From: Patescibacteria group bacterium
Lineage (GTDB): Bacteria > Patescibacteriota > Microgenomatia > Levybacterales > UBA12049
Length of the DNA: 64,000 bases
Assembly (NCBI GenBank): GCA_038063415.1
Contig: JBBTVD010000003.1
Span: 8,489 to 72,488, forward strand
Reading direction: 5' to 3'
In this document: one piece after another, positions 1 through 8,909 of the stretch
Layout: each line of letters opens with the position of its first letter
Numbering within the stretch: position 1 is the stretch's first letter
Translations under genes and position numbers: made by a program
Notes under the pieces: generated by a model
Seen by the model: only the letters and a program-made list of their open reading frames with translations
What the model was told of the DNA's origin: nothing
Databases searched by the model: none

Positions 1-180
1 ATGCTAGTAAAAAAAGCTGAAGAGATCGCAAGAGAAGAAAAAATGCATAAGATACATTTAGACACTGGTAAAAATTGGGGGACGGGTATATTTTATGAAA
101 AAATGGGCTATATGAAAACTGGTGAGTTTCCGAAACATTTTGGAGGGCAGGATTATTTACAATATAGTAAATTTTTTTAA
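1..180 (+). CDS. GNAT-family acetyltransferase, C-terminal part (5' truncated by window edge)
   Basis: Manual translation LVKKAEEIAREEKMHKIHLDT...GIFYEKMGY...SKFF*; FYEKxGY is a GNAT motif B-like string. Confidence 0.55.
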   Translation: MLVKKAEEIAREEKMHKIHLDTGKNWGTGIFYEKMGYMKTGEFPKHFGGQDYLQYSKFF

Positions 181-267
181 GAACAGCTTCGGGGAATTAA
201 TCCTAGAATAATCTCCATGAAGGCTAGTATTCTCTGTCATTGATTCTTTCAGAGTTTCATAATTATC

Positions 268-1041
268 ATGAAGAACATTCTTGATTCCCTCACGCAGCTC
301 GGATTTTCAAAGACGGAAGCAAACTTTTATATCATCCTCCTCAAATCAGGCCCCATGACCGTGGCAGAGCTAGCCGAGAAAGCAAAACTTCACCGTACTG
401 CTGCCTATAGTCATATAGATTCACTGATGGAGAAAGGTGTTCTTGCAAAAACCACTGGAGCAGGAAGTAAAATCGTTGCCAATCCACCAGAGCATCTGTA
501 TTACCTTCTCGAACAAAAGGCCAATGAAATAAAAACTCTCCAAACAAAACTGCCGACAGTGATCTCTGCACTTAATACCTCCTTTCTGCAGCAAAAGATA
601 GCCTATCCTTCTGAAATAAAATACTATAAAGGTAAAACTGGGGTAAAGAATATCTATCAGGAATGTACTAAAGCAAAAGAAATTCGATCTTACTTTAACC
701 AAGATGATGTAAGAAAGATTTTTCCAGAAAATGGGGATTTATTGCACGCCGCATTTACTCACAATCTTAAATTGGTAATACATGAAATAGTAGAATATTC
801 AACTTTAGCCGTCCAGAGAATGAATAGTTATAAAGAAAACAAAAGACATTTATATAAATTTCTTCCAAAAGATATTAAGATTACAGCAAATGATATCCTC
901 ATTTATGATGGTAAAGTTGCCATAATTAACGTAGGAGACAAAAATAATGTTACAGGAGTCGTACTCAGCAACAAAGACTACTATAATAATTCAGTCCAAC
1001 TCTTTAACCTCCTCTGGAGGCTACTGCCCGAATCTAATTAA
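268..1041 (+). CDS. TrmB-family transcriptional regulator (copy 1)
   Basis: N-terminal LGFSKTEANFYIILL...TVAELAEKAKLHRTAAY winged HTH; C-terminal ILIYDGKVAII PLD-like effector domain. Confidence 0.85.
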   Translation: MKNILDSLTQLGFSKTEANFYIILLKSGPMTVAELAEKAKLHRTAAYSHIDSLMEKGVLAKTTGAGSKIVANPPEHLYYLLEQKANEIKTLQTKLPTVISALNTSFLQQKIAYPSEIKYYKGKTGVKNIYQECTKAKEIRSYFNQDDVRKIFPENGDLLHAAFTHNLKLVIHEIVEYSTLAVQRMNSYKENKRHLYKFLPKDIKITANDILIYDGKVAIINVGDKNNVTGVVLSNKDYYNNSVQLFNLLWRLLPESN

Positions 1042-1046
1042 CGCTT

Positions 1047-1154
1047 TTCAGGAGTTATCAAAGATATTCTTCGAGTGAGGCAAAAGCCGAATCGAGAAGT
1101 TCTCGACTACGCTAACGCTACACTCGAACAATAAAAGTTTTGTCAAATCCTGAA
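1047..1154. repeat. Nested palindromic (REP/MITE-like) element
   Basis: Outer imperfect inverted repeat ttcaggagttatcaaag / ttttgtcaaatcctgaa; inner tattcttcgagtg / cactcgaacaata (12/13); central tcgagaa-g-ttctcga hairpin. Confidence 0.6.
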
Positions 1155-1172
1155 CGGATACAGAAATAAAAT

Positions 1173-1201
1173 TTGACAAAAAGAAAGAGTTGATTTACTA
1201 T
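1173..1201 (+). promoter_or_regulatory. Sigma70 promoter of TA operon (leaderless start at 1208)
   Basis: TTGACA-N17-TACTAT, then 6 nt to ATG 1208. Confidence 0.7.
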
Positions 1202-1207
1202 CATACT

Positions 1208-1480
1208 ATGAACACTGCATCAATTTCCATCAAAACAGAACCAAAAATCAAAGCTCAGGTACAGGAAATAGCTAACGAGCTTGGAATTAGCATGACAGGA
1301 TTAATTAGTAGCTACCTTGCACAACTCGTCAAAAATAAATCACTCGTTAAGAAACTATCTGAAAACCCTACTCCATATCTCTTAGAATCGATAAAAATTG
1401 CACGAAGAGAGAGAAAGACAGGCAAAGCTTCTCCAATCTTTACTCAGGCTGAAGATGCTATTAAGTGGTTAAATAGCTAG
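1208..1480 (+). CDS. RelB/DinJ-like antitoxin
   Basis: MNTASISIKTEPKIKAQVQEIANELGISMTGLI RHH-like N-terminus; abuts RelE-type toxin; start moved from TTG 1190 to ATG 1208. Confidence 0.75.
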   Translation: MNTASISIKTEPKIKAQVQEIANELGISMTGLISSYLAQLVKNKSLVKKLSENPTPYLLESIKIARRERKTGKASPIFTQAEDAIKWLNS

Positions 1481-1753
1481 ATGAACTACCAATTAAGTCA
1501 GCAATTTCGCAGAAAATATAAGAAATATGATGTGCGAGTAAAGAAAGCAATTGGTGAAGCATTAAACAAGTTTTCAAAAAATCCATTTGATCCCTCACTC
1601 GATAACCATGCGCTCAAAAAAGAATTAAAAGGACTAAGAAGCATTGATGTAACCACTGATTATCGGGCTATTTATGAACCAATTGATGAGAATGGTGATT
1701 TTTTTGCTTATTTTGATGATATCGGAACCCATAAAGAGCTTTTTGGGTCTTAA
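1481..1753 (+). CDS. RelE/YafQ-family mRNA interferase toxin
   Basis: 90 aa; LDNHALKKELKGLRSIDVTTDYRAIY...DIGTHKELF typical of RelE/StbE/YafQ. Confidence 0.85.
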   Translation: MNYQLSQQFRRKYKKYDVRVKKAIGEALNKFSKNPFDPSLDNHALKKELKGLRSIDVTTDYRAIYEPIDENGDFFAYFDDIGTHKELFGS

Positions 1754-1769
1754 ATGCTATAATCAGTAG

Positions 1770-2543
1770 ATGAAAAACATTCTTGATTCCCTCACGCAAC
1801 TCGGATTTTCAAAGACAGAAGCAAACTTTTATATAATCCTCCTCAAATCAGGCCCCATGACCGTAGCAGAGTTAGCCGAGAAAGCAAAACTTCACCGTAC
1901 TGCTGCCTATAGTCATATAGATTCACTTCTCGAGAAAGGTGTCCTTGCAAAAACAACTGGTGCAGGAAGCAAAATCGTGGCCAACCCACCAGAGCATCTC
2001 TACTATCTCCTCGAACAAAAGACTACTGAGGTAAAAACGCTTCAAGCAAAGCTACCCACAGTAATTTCAGAATTAAACACGTCGTTTTTGCAAACCGCTA
2101 ACTCGACTCAATCAGAAATAAAACATTACAAAGGGAAAGCAGGGGCAAAAATGATCTATAAGGATTGTCTGCAGGCTAAAGAGGTGCGTAGTTATTTTAA
2201 TGAAGACGATGTTTTAGACATTTTCCCTGAAAATTCTAAATTATTTTATAATGCCTTTACTGCTAATTCTCAATTAAAAATGTTTGAGCTTGTTGAATAT
2301 TCGCCTTTAGCAGTGCAACAAATGAGTCGGTATAAAGATAACAGTAGGCATTCTTATAAAGTTCTCCCTAAAGACGTTAAACTCACTGCCAATGACATTC
2401 TGATCTATGACGGGAAAGTCGCAATCATCAATATCAAAAATAAAGACACTGTTTCTGGAGTGGTATTGAGTAACAGAGAATACTATAACAACTCCGTCCA
2501 ACTCTTTGAGCTCCTCTGGCGGCTATTGCCGGAATCAACTTAG
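1770..2543 (+). CDS. TrmB-family transcriptional regulator (copy 2)
   Basis: Same length (257 aa) as 268..1041; first 84 aa differ at one residue; TATAAT 6 nt before ATG. Confidence 0.85.
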   Translation: MKNILDSLTQLGFSKTEANFYIILLKSGPMTVAELAEKAKLHRTAAYSHIDSLLEKGVLAKTTGAGSKIVANPPEHLYYLLEQKTTEVKTLQAKLPTVISELNTSFLQTANSTQSEIKHYKGKAGAKMIYKDCLQAKEVRSYFNEDDVLDIFPENSKLFYNAFTANSQLKMFELVEYSPLAVQQMSRYKDNSRHSYKVLPKDVKLTANDILIYDGKVAIINIKNKDTVSGVVLSNREYYNNSVQLFELLWRLLPEST

Positions 2544-3316
2544 GCAAAGAAAAGCTTTTGCATTACTTGTTTTAAAGAGGTAATTTTCTCAGGATAAAAT
2601 TCTAGTGTTTCTTCATTCATATATAGCCTTTTATTAATTTCAATCATAATACTTTTAACTCTCGTATCCTTTTGGTAGAGACTGAGAGGAACAATAGTCC
2701 CTGTATAAGGTATATTAATTGCTACAGACAAGCCTTGAGAGGTAAAAAATGAAACAAATTCTCTCGTTAAGGAATCGGGTGTATGGAATCCATCAATACC
2801 CAAACAGATATCTGGCCTTGTAGGATATTGGTTAAACTCTCTCTCAAGTGGTGCATTCGAAAAGGAATGACAGTCAATAATAGATGCATATCCATATTCC
2901 TGAACCGTTTGGATAACTGTATTTTCTAATGACTGATGATGCGGAATATAAAAACGATTATAAACAAATCTTTTGTCTGCTCCATCTAGGATTCTCAGAT
3001 CTTCTCCTTTATCTGTCTTTGTATAATAAAAGCCTGCTCCTTTTTCAAACATTGGTTCTTCTTCGTCAGAAAGTCGTTCAACATCACAATATACTCTACT
3101 AAAATTTGCAATAACCTTCTTTATCCCATCTATTTCAAAAATTTCGTCAACTTTCCAGTCGGTAAGAAGCTCTACTTCATCCTTTAGATACTTCTGATTA
3201 AAGTGAGTAACGTCTGGGATATCGGGAGAAGAGTGAGGTATATGAAATATATACGAGGATTGGAAATCACTCTTAAATAAAGCATTAGCATTATGAAAAT
3301 CTATTTTCTTGGTCAT
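2540..3316 (-). CDS. N-formylglutamate amidohydrolase family protein
   Basis: HIPHSS, TDW, SRVYCDVER, YIPHH, IIDCHSF, RPDICLG, MIEINKRLYM motifs; ATG 3316 preferred over GTG 3328. Confidence 0.8.
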   Translation of the reverse strand: MTKKIDFHNANALFKSDFQSSYIFHIPHSSPDIPDVTHFNQKYLKDEVELLTDWKVDEIFEIDGIKKVIANFSRVYCDVERLSDEEEPMFEKGAGFYYTKTDKGEDLRILDGADKRFVYNRFYIPHHQSLENTVIQTVQEYGYASIIDCHSFSNAPLEREFNQYPTRPDICLGIDGFHTPDSLTREFVSFFTSQGLSVAINIPYTGTIVPLSLYQKDTRVKSIMIEINKRLYMNEETLEFYPEKITSLKQVMQKLFFA

Positions 3317-3321
3317 AGAAC

Positions 3322-3347
3322 AACCCACGACCTTGCGGTCGGGGGTT
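3322..3347 (-). other. GC-rich stem-loop with GCAA tetraloop (terminator-like or IS200/IS605-end-like)
   Basis: Minus strand aacccccgacc-gcaa-ggtcgtgggtt, 10 of 11 bp paired. Confidence 0.45.
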
Positions 3348-3361
3348 TAAGTTCGGAGTAT

Positions 3362-5197
3362 CTAAAAGATATTTACTTTAATCTTTTCAATTATATTCTC
3401 AAAAACTTTTGTGATTGCCTGTTCTAAATCTTCAGCATCGCTATTAATTTGCCCCTTAGTCTTTTCATTAAGACTGCCCTTAATTGCTGTATAGTATTTC
3501 ATTTTTGCTTCTGTACCTGATGGACGAACATGGACAACATTCCTCTCATCGTCTGAGAAGAAAAAAGAAAGCATATCTCCCTTATCCCAGTTTCTAACCT
3601 CAATAAGTTTTTTGGTCTGTCCATCTAGTACCTCACTGGTTAATCTATCAATAGTTTTAACCACCTTTCTTCCAGCAATTTCGGTGGGGAGATTATTACG
3701 AAGTTCAGTCATCGCCAAATTCATTTGTTCAAAAGCACCAAAACCAGTAATCTCCCGGTAGTATAAGCGTTCAGCATAGTAACCATATTTCTGATAAATT
3801 GACTCTAATAGTTCAATCGGTGTGGTTGCGTTTGCCCGACACCACGCAGCCATTTCTGCTGCTACAACTGCAGGCGTTTCAGCACCCTTATCTCTATAGT
3901 CAGAACTAAAGAGATACCCAACACTTTCTTCGCAAGCGAGAACAAAGCTTTTATCACTAGGGAGATGTTGTAGCCTATCACCGATAAACTTAAACCCAAC
4001 AAGCAAGTCTCCAATACATTGGACTCCATAACTCTCTGCAATGTCTCTAAGTAAATCTGTTGTAACAGAAGTCTTGATAGCAACGGGTTTCTTTGGCATT
4101 CTGTTTGCATCCCGTAACGCATTCATATAAAAATAACCCATGAGAACAGCTCCTTGATTTCCATTAAGATTGAACCAATTCCCATTTTTGTCAGGTACGG
4201 CAATACCAAGTCTATCTGCATCAGGATCAGAGACAATGACAATATTTGCATTATTCTTTTTCGCTAATTCTATTGCTTGCTCGTAACACACTGCAAACTC
4301 AGGATTTGGGAAGTTGCCTTTTACGTTAGGGAAGTGACCATCAAGAGACATCTGCTCTTTTACCTCGATAATATCGTTGAAACCAATTGCTTTCAAGACA
4401 GGGAGAACGGATTGGGATCCAACTCCATGAAGAGGAGAATACACGATCCTTACATCCCTTCCAGAATATACAGAAACCTTTTTTGCAGATTCAGCAAACG
4501 CAATATCGACCTCATCACCAATGTATGTAATAAGTCCTTTAGAAACCGCCTCATCAAAGGAAATTTTGTTAATTGTTGTAACAGATTTAAATTCGCTTTC
4601 TATTTTAAGGCCAGCCTCTGGTAAAACTTGGATGCCGTCCTCATCATAGACTTTATATCCGTTGAACTGAGGAGGATTGTGACTAGCAGTGATAACGATA
4701 CCTCCTGCTAGATGAAGGAACCTAACCGTAAACGATAATTCCGGTGTAGCACGATAGTACTTAAACAGATATACATGTATACCATTTGCAGCCAATACTC
4801 GTGCAGTTTCTTTAGTAAATTCTTCTGAATGTAGTCGGCTATCATAAGCGATAGCAACACCTTTCTGAAGTATATTTTTTTTGTGTTTTTTTAAATATTG
4901 TGCGTATGCCTGTGAAGCCCAACGAATTGTGTAGTTGTTTATTCTATTTGTTCCAATATTCATTTGGCCTCGAATGCCACCAGTACCAAAAATTACAACA
5001 CGGTAGAATTCATCCATGAGATTTTCCCAGTCATCATTCTTAATCGCCTTAGTCAGTTCTGAGGAAAATTCTTTGAACTCCTCATCTGTGAGCCACTTAA
5101 CAATCTCGTCATAAGCAGTCTTATTAAGTTTCTTCTCTTGGAGAGCTGAAAGTAGTTTCTGGTCAATTGCTGGATTCATATCTTTGATTCTTATCAT
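3362..5197 (-). CDS. pgm: Phosphoglucomutase/phosphomannomutase (phospho-sugar mutase)
   Basis: FGTGGIRG, ITASHNP phosphoserine loop, DPDADR metal loop, EESVG, RPSGTE. Confidence 0.9.
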   Translation of the reverse strand: MIRIKDMNPAIDQKLLSALQEKKLNKTAYDEIVKWLTDEEFKEFSSELTKAIKNDDWENLMDEFYRVVIFGTGGIRGQMNIGTNRINNYTIRWASQAYAQYLKKHKKNILQKGVAIAYDSRLHSEEFTKETARVLAANGIHVYLFKYYRATPELSFTVRFLHLAGGIVITASHNPPQFNGYKVYDEDGIQVLPEAGLKIESEFKSVTTINKISFDEAVSKGLITYIGDEVDIAFAESAKKVSVYSGRDVRIVYSPLHGVGSQSVLPVLKAIGFNDIIEVKEQMSLDGHFPNVKGNFPNPEFAVCYEQAIELAKKNNANIVIVSDPDADRLGIAVPDKNGNWFNLNGNQGAVLMGYFYMNALRDANRMPKKPVAIKTSVTTDLLRDIAESYGVQCIGDLLVGFKFIGDRLQHLPSDKSFVLACEESVGYLFSSDYRDKGAETPAVVAAEMAAWCRANATTPIELLESIYQKYGYYAERLYYREITGFGAFEQMNLAMTELRNNLPTEIAGRKVVKTIDRLTSEVLDGQTKKLIEVRNWDKGDMLSFFFSDDERNVVHVRPSGTEAKMKYYTAIKGSLNEKTKGQINSDAEDLEQAITKVFENIIEKIKVNIF

Positions 5198-5350
5198 ACA
5201 GTTTCATGCAATGCTTGTAAATATAAACTTCTAGCATTAAGTCTTATATCTCTGACACGCTACTCATTGACTGTCGGGACATAGACGCTATTCGAACTTT
5301 TTGGCAATCAACACAAGAACAGTTTTATATTCATAATTTTACTTAAGACG

Positions 5351-5855
5351 TTACTTTTTATGGCTTTTTTGCAACATTCCTATCCTTCTTAGATTAGGAA
5401 GTTGATCTAACTCTGCTTTTGAATAAAGCAAGCCAGTTGATCCATATTGTAGCAAGTAAATTGTTACTTCAGGAAACAATGTTGCAAGATAAGCAACTGT
5501 TCGAGGATCATCATCAAAATGAGATACCTCTGAATAATGTTGCCGCAACTCTTTTATTCCGACTGCTTTACTAACAGCTGCTGGCATATCAAGTGGTGTA
5601 TAAAAAGTATCTTCAAATAAATCAGCAATTTTACCAGCGACAAGAGTGGCATATGACATATCGACCCATATTCGTTTATTAACTCGACCAGTATTGCCAA
5701 AGTTATCAATTCCGTCTGCTTTTGCAAGTTCTAACATGTCCTTCACACCAGGAAGAACTTTTCTCCGGGAATGTGCAAAAAAAGAAACCCTTTCTCCTGT
5801 ACTTCGCATTGGCTCATCGACTATTTCTCGAGCTATCTGAGGAATATCTGCTTGT
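5351..5855 (-). pseudogene. HAD-superfamily hydrolase, apparently 5'-truncated
   Basis: Has motif II-like NTGR, a conserved K and FDDD motif IV but no N-terminal DxD; frame stays open (QADIPQIAREIVDEP) upstream of ATG 5809 into the neighbouring gene; upstream boundary approximate. Confidence 0.45.
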
Positions 5856-6389
5856 AATAAGGTTCCGAATGTATACAGATTTTGGCAAATTTTTGTTTTT
5901 TGTCACCATAGTTAACTTAGCTGCCATAGGTACTGGCAGTAAGATATTAAATTTCTTATATGGTTCATTATGTGTAAGTTGTAAAGCTTCATGTATGATC
6001 CGCCCCAAAGAGGGAATTGTGTATTCATAGATATAGATATTTTTGTTTGAATAGAGAGGATCAGTCTGACTAATTTGATAGATAGAAGATGAAGACTTTA
6101 ACGCTATTACTTCTTTTCCTTGCTGTACAGCACTCGATATTTCGTAACCAAGAGTAATACTGGGTAAGGAACATTCAGCGATAACTAGATCAGCCTTTGT
6201 TATTTCTTTATGAAAGGCTGCAAAGAACATTTCTCGCTTTTGAAGACTCCAACTTAAAAGAATTTCTTCTGTAACAGATAAGGTATGCTCAACTGTATGA
6301 TTTTTCCTCTGTAAGTAATCAATAATTGCCAAATAGGTATCCTTATACTCTTTGATCCCCTCTATAGAAGCTAAAAATACAATTTTCAT
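5814..6389 (-). CDS. Nucleoside 2-deoxyribosyltransferase-like domain fused to C-terminal ribbon-helix-helix
   Basis: MKIVFLASI...ADLVIAECSLPSITLGYEISSA...KEVIAL (NDT fold) then KKFNILLPVPMAAKL...PKSVYIRNLI (RHH). Confidence 0.65.
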   Translation of the reverse strand: MKIVFLASIEGIKEYKDTYLAIIDYLQRKNHTVEHTLSVTEEILLSWSLQKREMFFAAFHKEITKADLVIAECSLPSITLGYEISSAVQQGKEVIALKSSSSIYQISQTDPLYSNKNIYIYEYTIPSLGRIIHEALQLTHNEPYKKFNILLPVPMAAKLTMVTKNKNLPKSVYIRNLITSRYSSDSSRNSR

Positions 6390-6721
6390 ATTGTAAAATT
6401 TTGCACCAAAACGATAGATTTATTAACTGTTGGATCTAGTAACTTCATCTGTTCACTTTTGGTCAGATAGCCATGACCTGCTGACTCCATAAAGTCGTTT
6501 GCCTGGTCAAGAGAAGTGATTGCTCGTCGTTCAATAAATAAGGCCACTAATTTGATGATTATTGCTCTATGGGTTGGGATTCGCTTACCTCGTTGCCAGA
6601 GAGAAAGTAAGCTCACGTCGCAAAGATATCCGCGATCAGCAAGTGCCAGAGAAAGCTTTGACAGACTATAAAATTCCGCCTGTAGACGGTACTTTTTAAA
6701 GAGGTGTCCAAAATCTTTCAT
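6386..6721 (-). CDS. XRE/HTH-like protein
   Basis: FGHLFKKYRL...LSKLSLAL...DVSLLSLWQRGKRIP resembles Cro/C1 HTH; ATGA overlaps on both sides. Confidence 0.6.
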   Translation of the reverse strand: MKDFGHLFKKYRLQAEFYSLSKLSLALADRGYLCDVSLLSLWQRGKRIPTHRAIIIKLVALFIERRAITSLDQANDFMESAGHGYLTKSEQMKLLDPTVNKSIVLVQNFTI

Positions 6722-6951
6722 TTTTCTTTTGTTACTGGCTCATACAATCCATAATAGGTCTCCATATATGACTTACTTGGCCTTCCCAGTTTATAACCTT
6801 CATTATTGATAAGATCCTTTACTTCGATCATGTAGGCATGCATAGTCTTCATATCATAAAGCACGTCGTCGACGTATCGATAGCCTTTTTCTTTTGCATT
6901 GTTAGGACTCAGTGTCATATCGATAAAAGCCGGTTGGGTATTCTCATCCAT
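6718..6951 (-). CDS. Small hypothetical protein
   Basis: ATG 6951 lies downstream of a consensus promoter; ATGA-coupled to HTH gene; the track's TTG 6993 start is the -35 box. Confidence 0.55.
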   Translation of the reverse strand: MDENTQPAFIDMTLSPNNAKEKGYRYVDDVLYDMKTMHAYMIEVKDLINNEGYKLGRPSKSYMETYYGLYEPVTKEK

Positions 6952-6964
6952 AGTTGTTGAGATT

Positions 6965-6993
6965 ATTGTAAGTAAACAATTTTTATCTGTCAA
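6965..6993 (-). promoter_or_regulatory. Sigma70 promoter
   Basis: Minus strand TTGACA-N17-TACAAT. Confidence 0.65.
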
Positions 6994-7061
6994 TTTTTGG
7001 ATAAATAGTTTCCTGTAATTTACTAAATAATATTGCTATAACAATAAAAATTTTATTTTTG

Positions 7062-7085
7062 TTGTTGTAAATAATTTGACAACAA
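7062..7085. promoter_or_regulatory. Imperfect palindrome, candidate operator between divergent units
   Basis: TTGTTGT-aaataatttg-ACAACAA. Confidence 0.35.
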
Positions 7086-7139
7086 GTCATCCTTCAGCAT
7101 GGTATAATTTGTCTGTCACGTCTTTCGCATAATGTCTCT

Positions 7140-7216
7140 TGTCATCCTCGTGAAAACGGGGATCCAGAAGCGCGAAATGCAAAGAAGGGATTCCTGGTTT
7201 GCGACCAGGAATGACA
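7140..7216. repeat. GTCAT...ATGAC palindromic element (CGTC-type REP-like dimer)
   Basis: tgtcatcctcgtgaaaacggggatcc ... ggattcctggtttgcgaccaggaatgaca; two stem-loops, terminal TGTCAT/ATGACA. Confidence 0.75.
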
Positions 7217-7237
7217 AAATACGAAGCTTATACCTAT

Positions 7238-8026
7238 ATGAAAAAAATCCTTGACTATCTAGGAGAGTTGGAGTTCTCCAACGTTGAAGCACAGATATAT
7301 CTTGCTCTCCTTGAAAAAGGATCCCTCACCGTCGCAGAGCTTGCTCAAGAAGTAAAAATTAACCGTACAGCAGCCTATCCTTCTATCAATAGACTCCGAG
7401 AGAGAGGTGTACTAGCAGAAGATATAAAAGGTCCACAGAAAAAATTTATAGCGTCAGAACCAGAACGACTGTACTATTTTATCGAAAAGAAGCGGGATAC
7501 AATAAAATCGCTGGAAAGACGATTTCCTGATATCATACAAACAATTACAACTGCCCCACAGACGCAACAAACAGACGATGTAAAAGTAGTTTCATACAAA
7601 GGTGAAGTTGGTGTTAAAAAGATATATAAAGAAGCTTTAGGCTTTGATGAATTACGATCCTATGTAAAACTAGAAAAATCAACAAGCGTACTTGGGGATA
7701 ATGTGCAGCTATTTAACACCGCCTTTGCAAGAAATCCACGGTTACGAGTGAAAGAAATTTATTACAAGCTCCCTCTTGAAAAAATGTCTGTGATACAAAA
7801 AGTAGCCCAAAATAAACACTATCACTACAAATTTATGCTTAAAAAGCTTAATTTAACCTCAGGGGATACACTTATTTATGATGGGAAAGTAGCTATTATT
7901 GACTATAGCAATAAAATAAATACTGTTGTTTTATACAACAAAAATTATTATCAAAATGCTAAAGAACTCTTTGACTTCATCTGGGATATGCTTCCAGAAC
8001 CCAAAAAAATGAATTACAAATCTTAA
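7238..8026 (+). CDS. TrmB-family transcriptional regulator (copy 3, divergent)
   Basis: MKKILDYLGELEFSNVEAQIYLALL...TVAELAQEVKINRTAAY; TLIYDGKVAII; start 7238 aligns with paralogues. Confidence 0.85.
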   Translation: MKKILDYLGELEFSNVEAQIYLALLEKGSLTVAELAQEVKINRTAAYPSINRLRERGVLAEDIKGPQKKFIASEPERLYYFIEKKRDTIKSLERRFPDIIQTITTAPQTQQTDDVKVVSYKGEVGVKKIYKEALGFDELRSYVKLEKSTSVLGDNVQLFNTAFARNPRLRVKEIYYKLPLEKMSVIQKVAQNKHYHYKFMLKKLNLTSGDTLIYDGKVAIIDYSNKINTVVLYNKNYYQNAKELFDFIWDMLPEPKKMNYKS

Positions 8027-8069
8027 TGCTTCTCTTGAATAGCAATATAAAAAATGATACAAAAGATAT

Positions 8070-8909
8070 ATGACTCAAATAATTAAGATTGATATCTTTA
8101 GGGGTAAAGAAATTAGAAAAATGATCTATCATAATGAATGGTGGTTTTCTATTGTCGATGTAATTGAAATACTAACAGGAACTGATAGACCAAGAAAATA
8201 TTGGAGTGATCTTAAGAAGAAGCTAATCCAAGAAGGATACCACGAGGTGTCCGAAAAAATCGGACAACTGAAATTAGAAGCAAAAGATGGTAAAAAATAT
8301 CTTACTGATTGTGCAAATACTGAGACACTTTTTCGTCTTATTCAATCAATACCCTCTCCCAAGGCTGAACCATTTAAACGCTGGTTAGCAAAAACAGGTT
8401 ATGAGAGAATCAAAGAAATAGAAGATCCTGAGATCGCAACAAAAAGAACAAAGGCCTTATATAAGGCAAAAGGTTATACAGATGATTGGATTGAAAAACG
8501 CATGCGAGGCATCGCGATCAGAGAAGAATTAACTGGCGAATGGAGAAAGAGAAAAGTTGGTGAAGATAAAGAATACGCTATCCTCACTGCTGAAATATCT
8601 AAGGCTACTTTTGGGATGACACCTTCACAATATAAAAAATTTAAGGGTTTAGAGAGAGAAAATTTACGGGATCACATGACCGATCTAGAACTAATCTTCT
8701 CTATGCTTGGTGAAGCATCTACTACTGAAATTACAAAGAATAAGGATGCACAAGGATTCAATCAAAATAAAAAGGCTGCAAAAGCAGGCGGTAGTATTGC
8801 AGGAAATGCCCGAAAAGCATTGGAAGAAAAAAGTGGGAAAAAGATATCAGTTAAACAAAATTATCTTACCGAAACACAAAAGAAATCGAAAAAAAACTAC
8901 ATTACTTAA
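8070..8909 (+). CDS. Bro-N domain protein (antirepressor-like)
   Basis: EWWFSIVDVI, PRKYWSDLKKKL, RLIQSIPSPKAEPFKRWLA, NLRDHMTDLELIF. Confidence 0.85.
   Translation: MTQIIKIDIFRGKEIRKMIYHNEWWFSIVDVIEILTGTDRPRKYWSDLKKKLIQEGYHEVSEKIGQLKLEAKDGKKYLTDCANTETLFRLIQSIPSPKAEPFKRWLAKTGYERIKEIEDPEIATKRTKALYKAKGYTDDWIEKRMRGIAIREELTGEWRKRKVGEDKEYAILTAEISKATFGMTPSQYKKFKGLERENLRDHMTDLELIFSMLGEASTTEITKNKDAQGFNQNKKAAKAGGSIAGNARKALEEKSGKKISVKQNYLTETQKKSKKNYIT

Noticed and set aside
268-2543. TrmB copies as a diversity-generating retroelement template/variable pair
   Set aside because: Differences in the near-identical part are synonymous and not confined to adenines overall, both copies are full genes, and no reverse transcriptase is in the window.
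5194-5334. 47-codon minus-strand frame ending in an ATGA overlap with pgm
   Set aside because: It has two internal stops and no recognisable motif; it could be a decayed gene but cannot be supported.
7199-7237. N-terminal extension of TrmB copy 3 in the ORF track
   Set aside because: It begins inside the palindromic element; paralogues align from ATG 7238.
8070-8909. Prophage suggested by the Bro-N antirepressor-like gene
   Set aside because: No integrase, terminase, capsid or replication genes nearby; stand-alone Bro-N genes are common.
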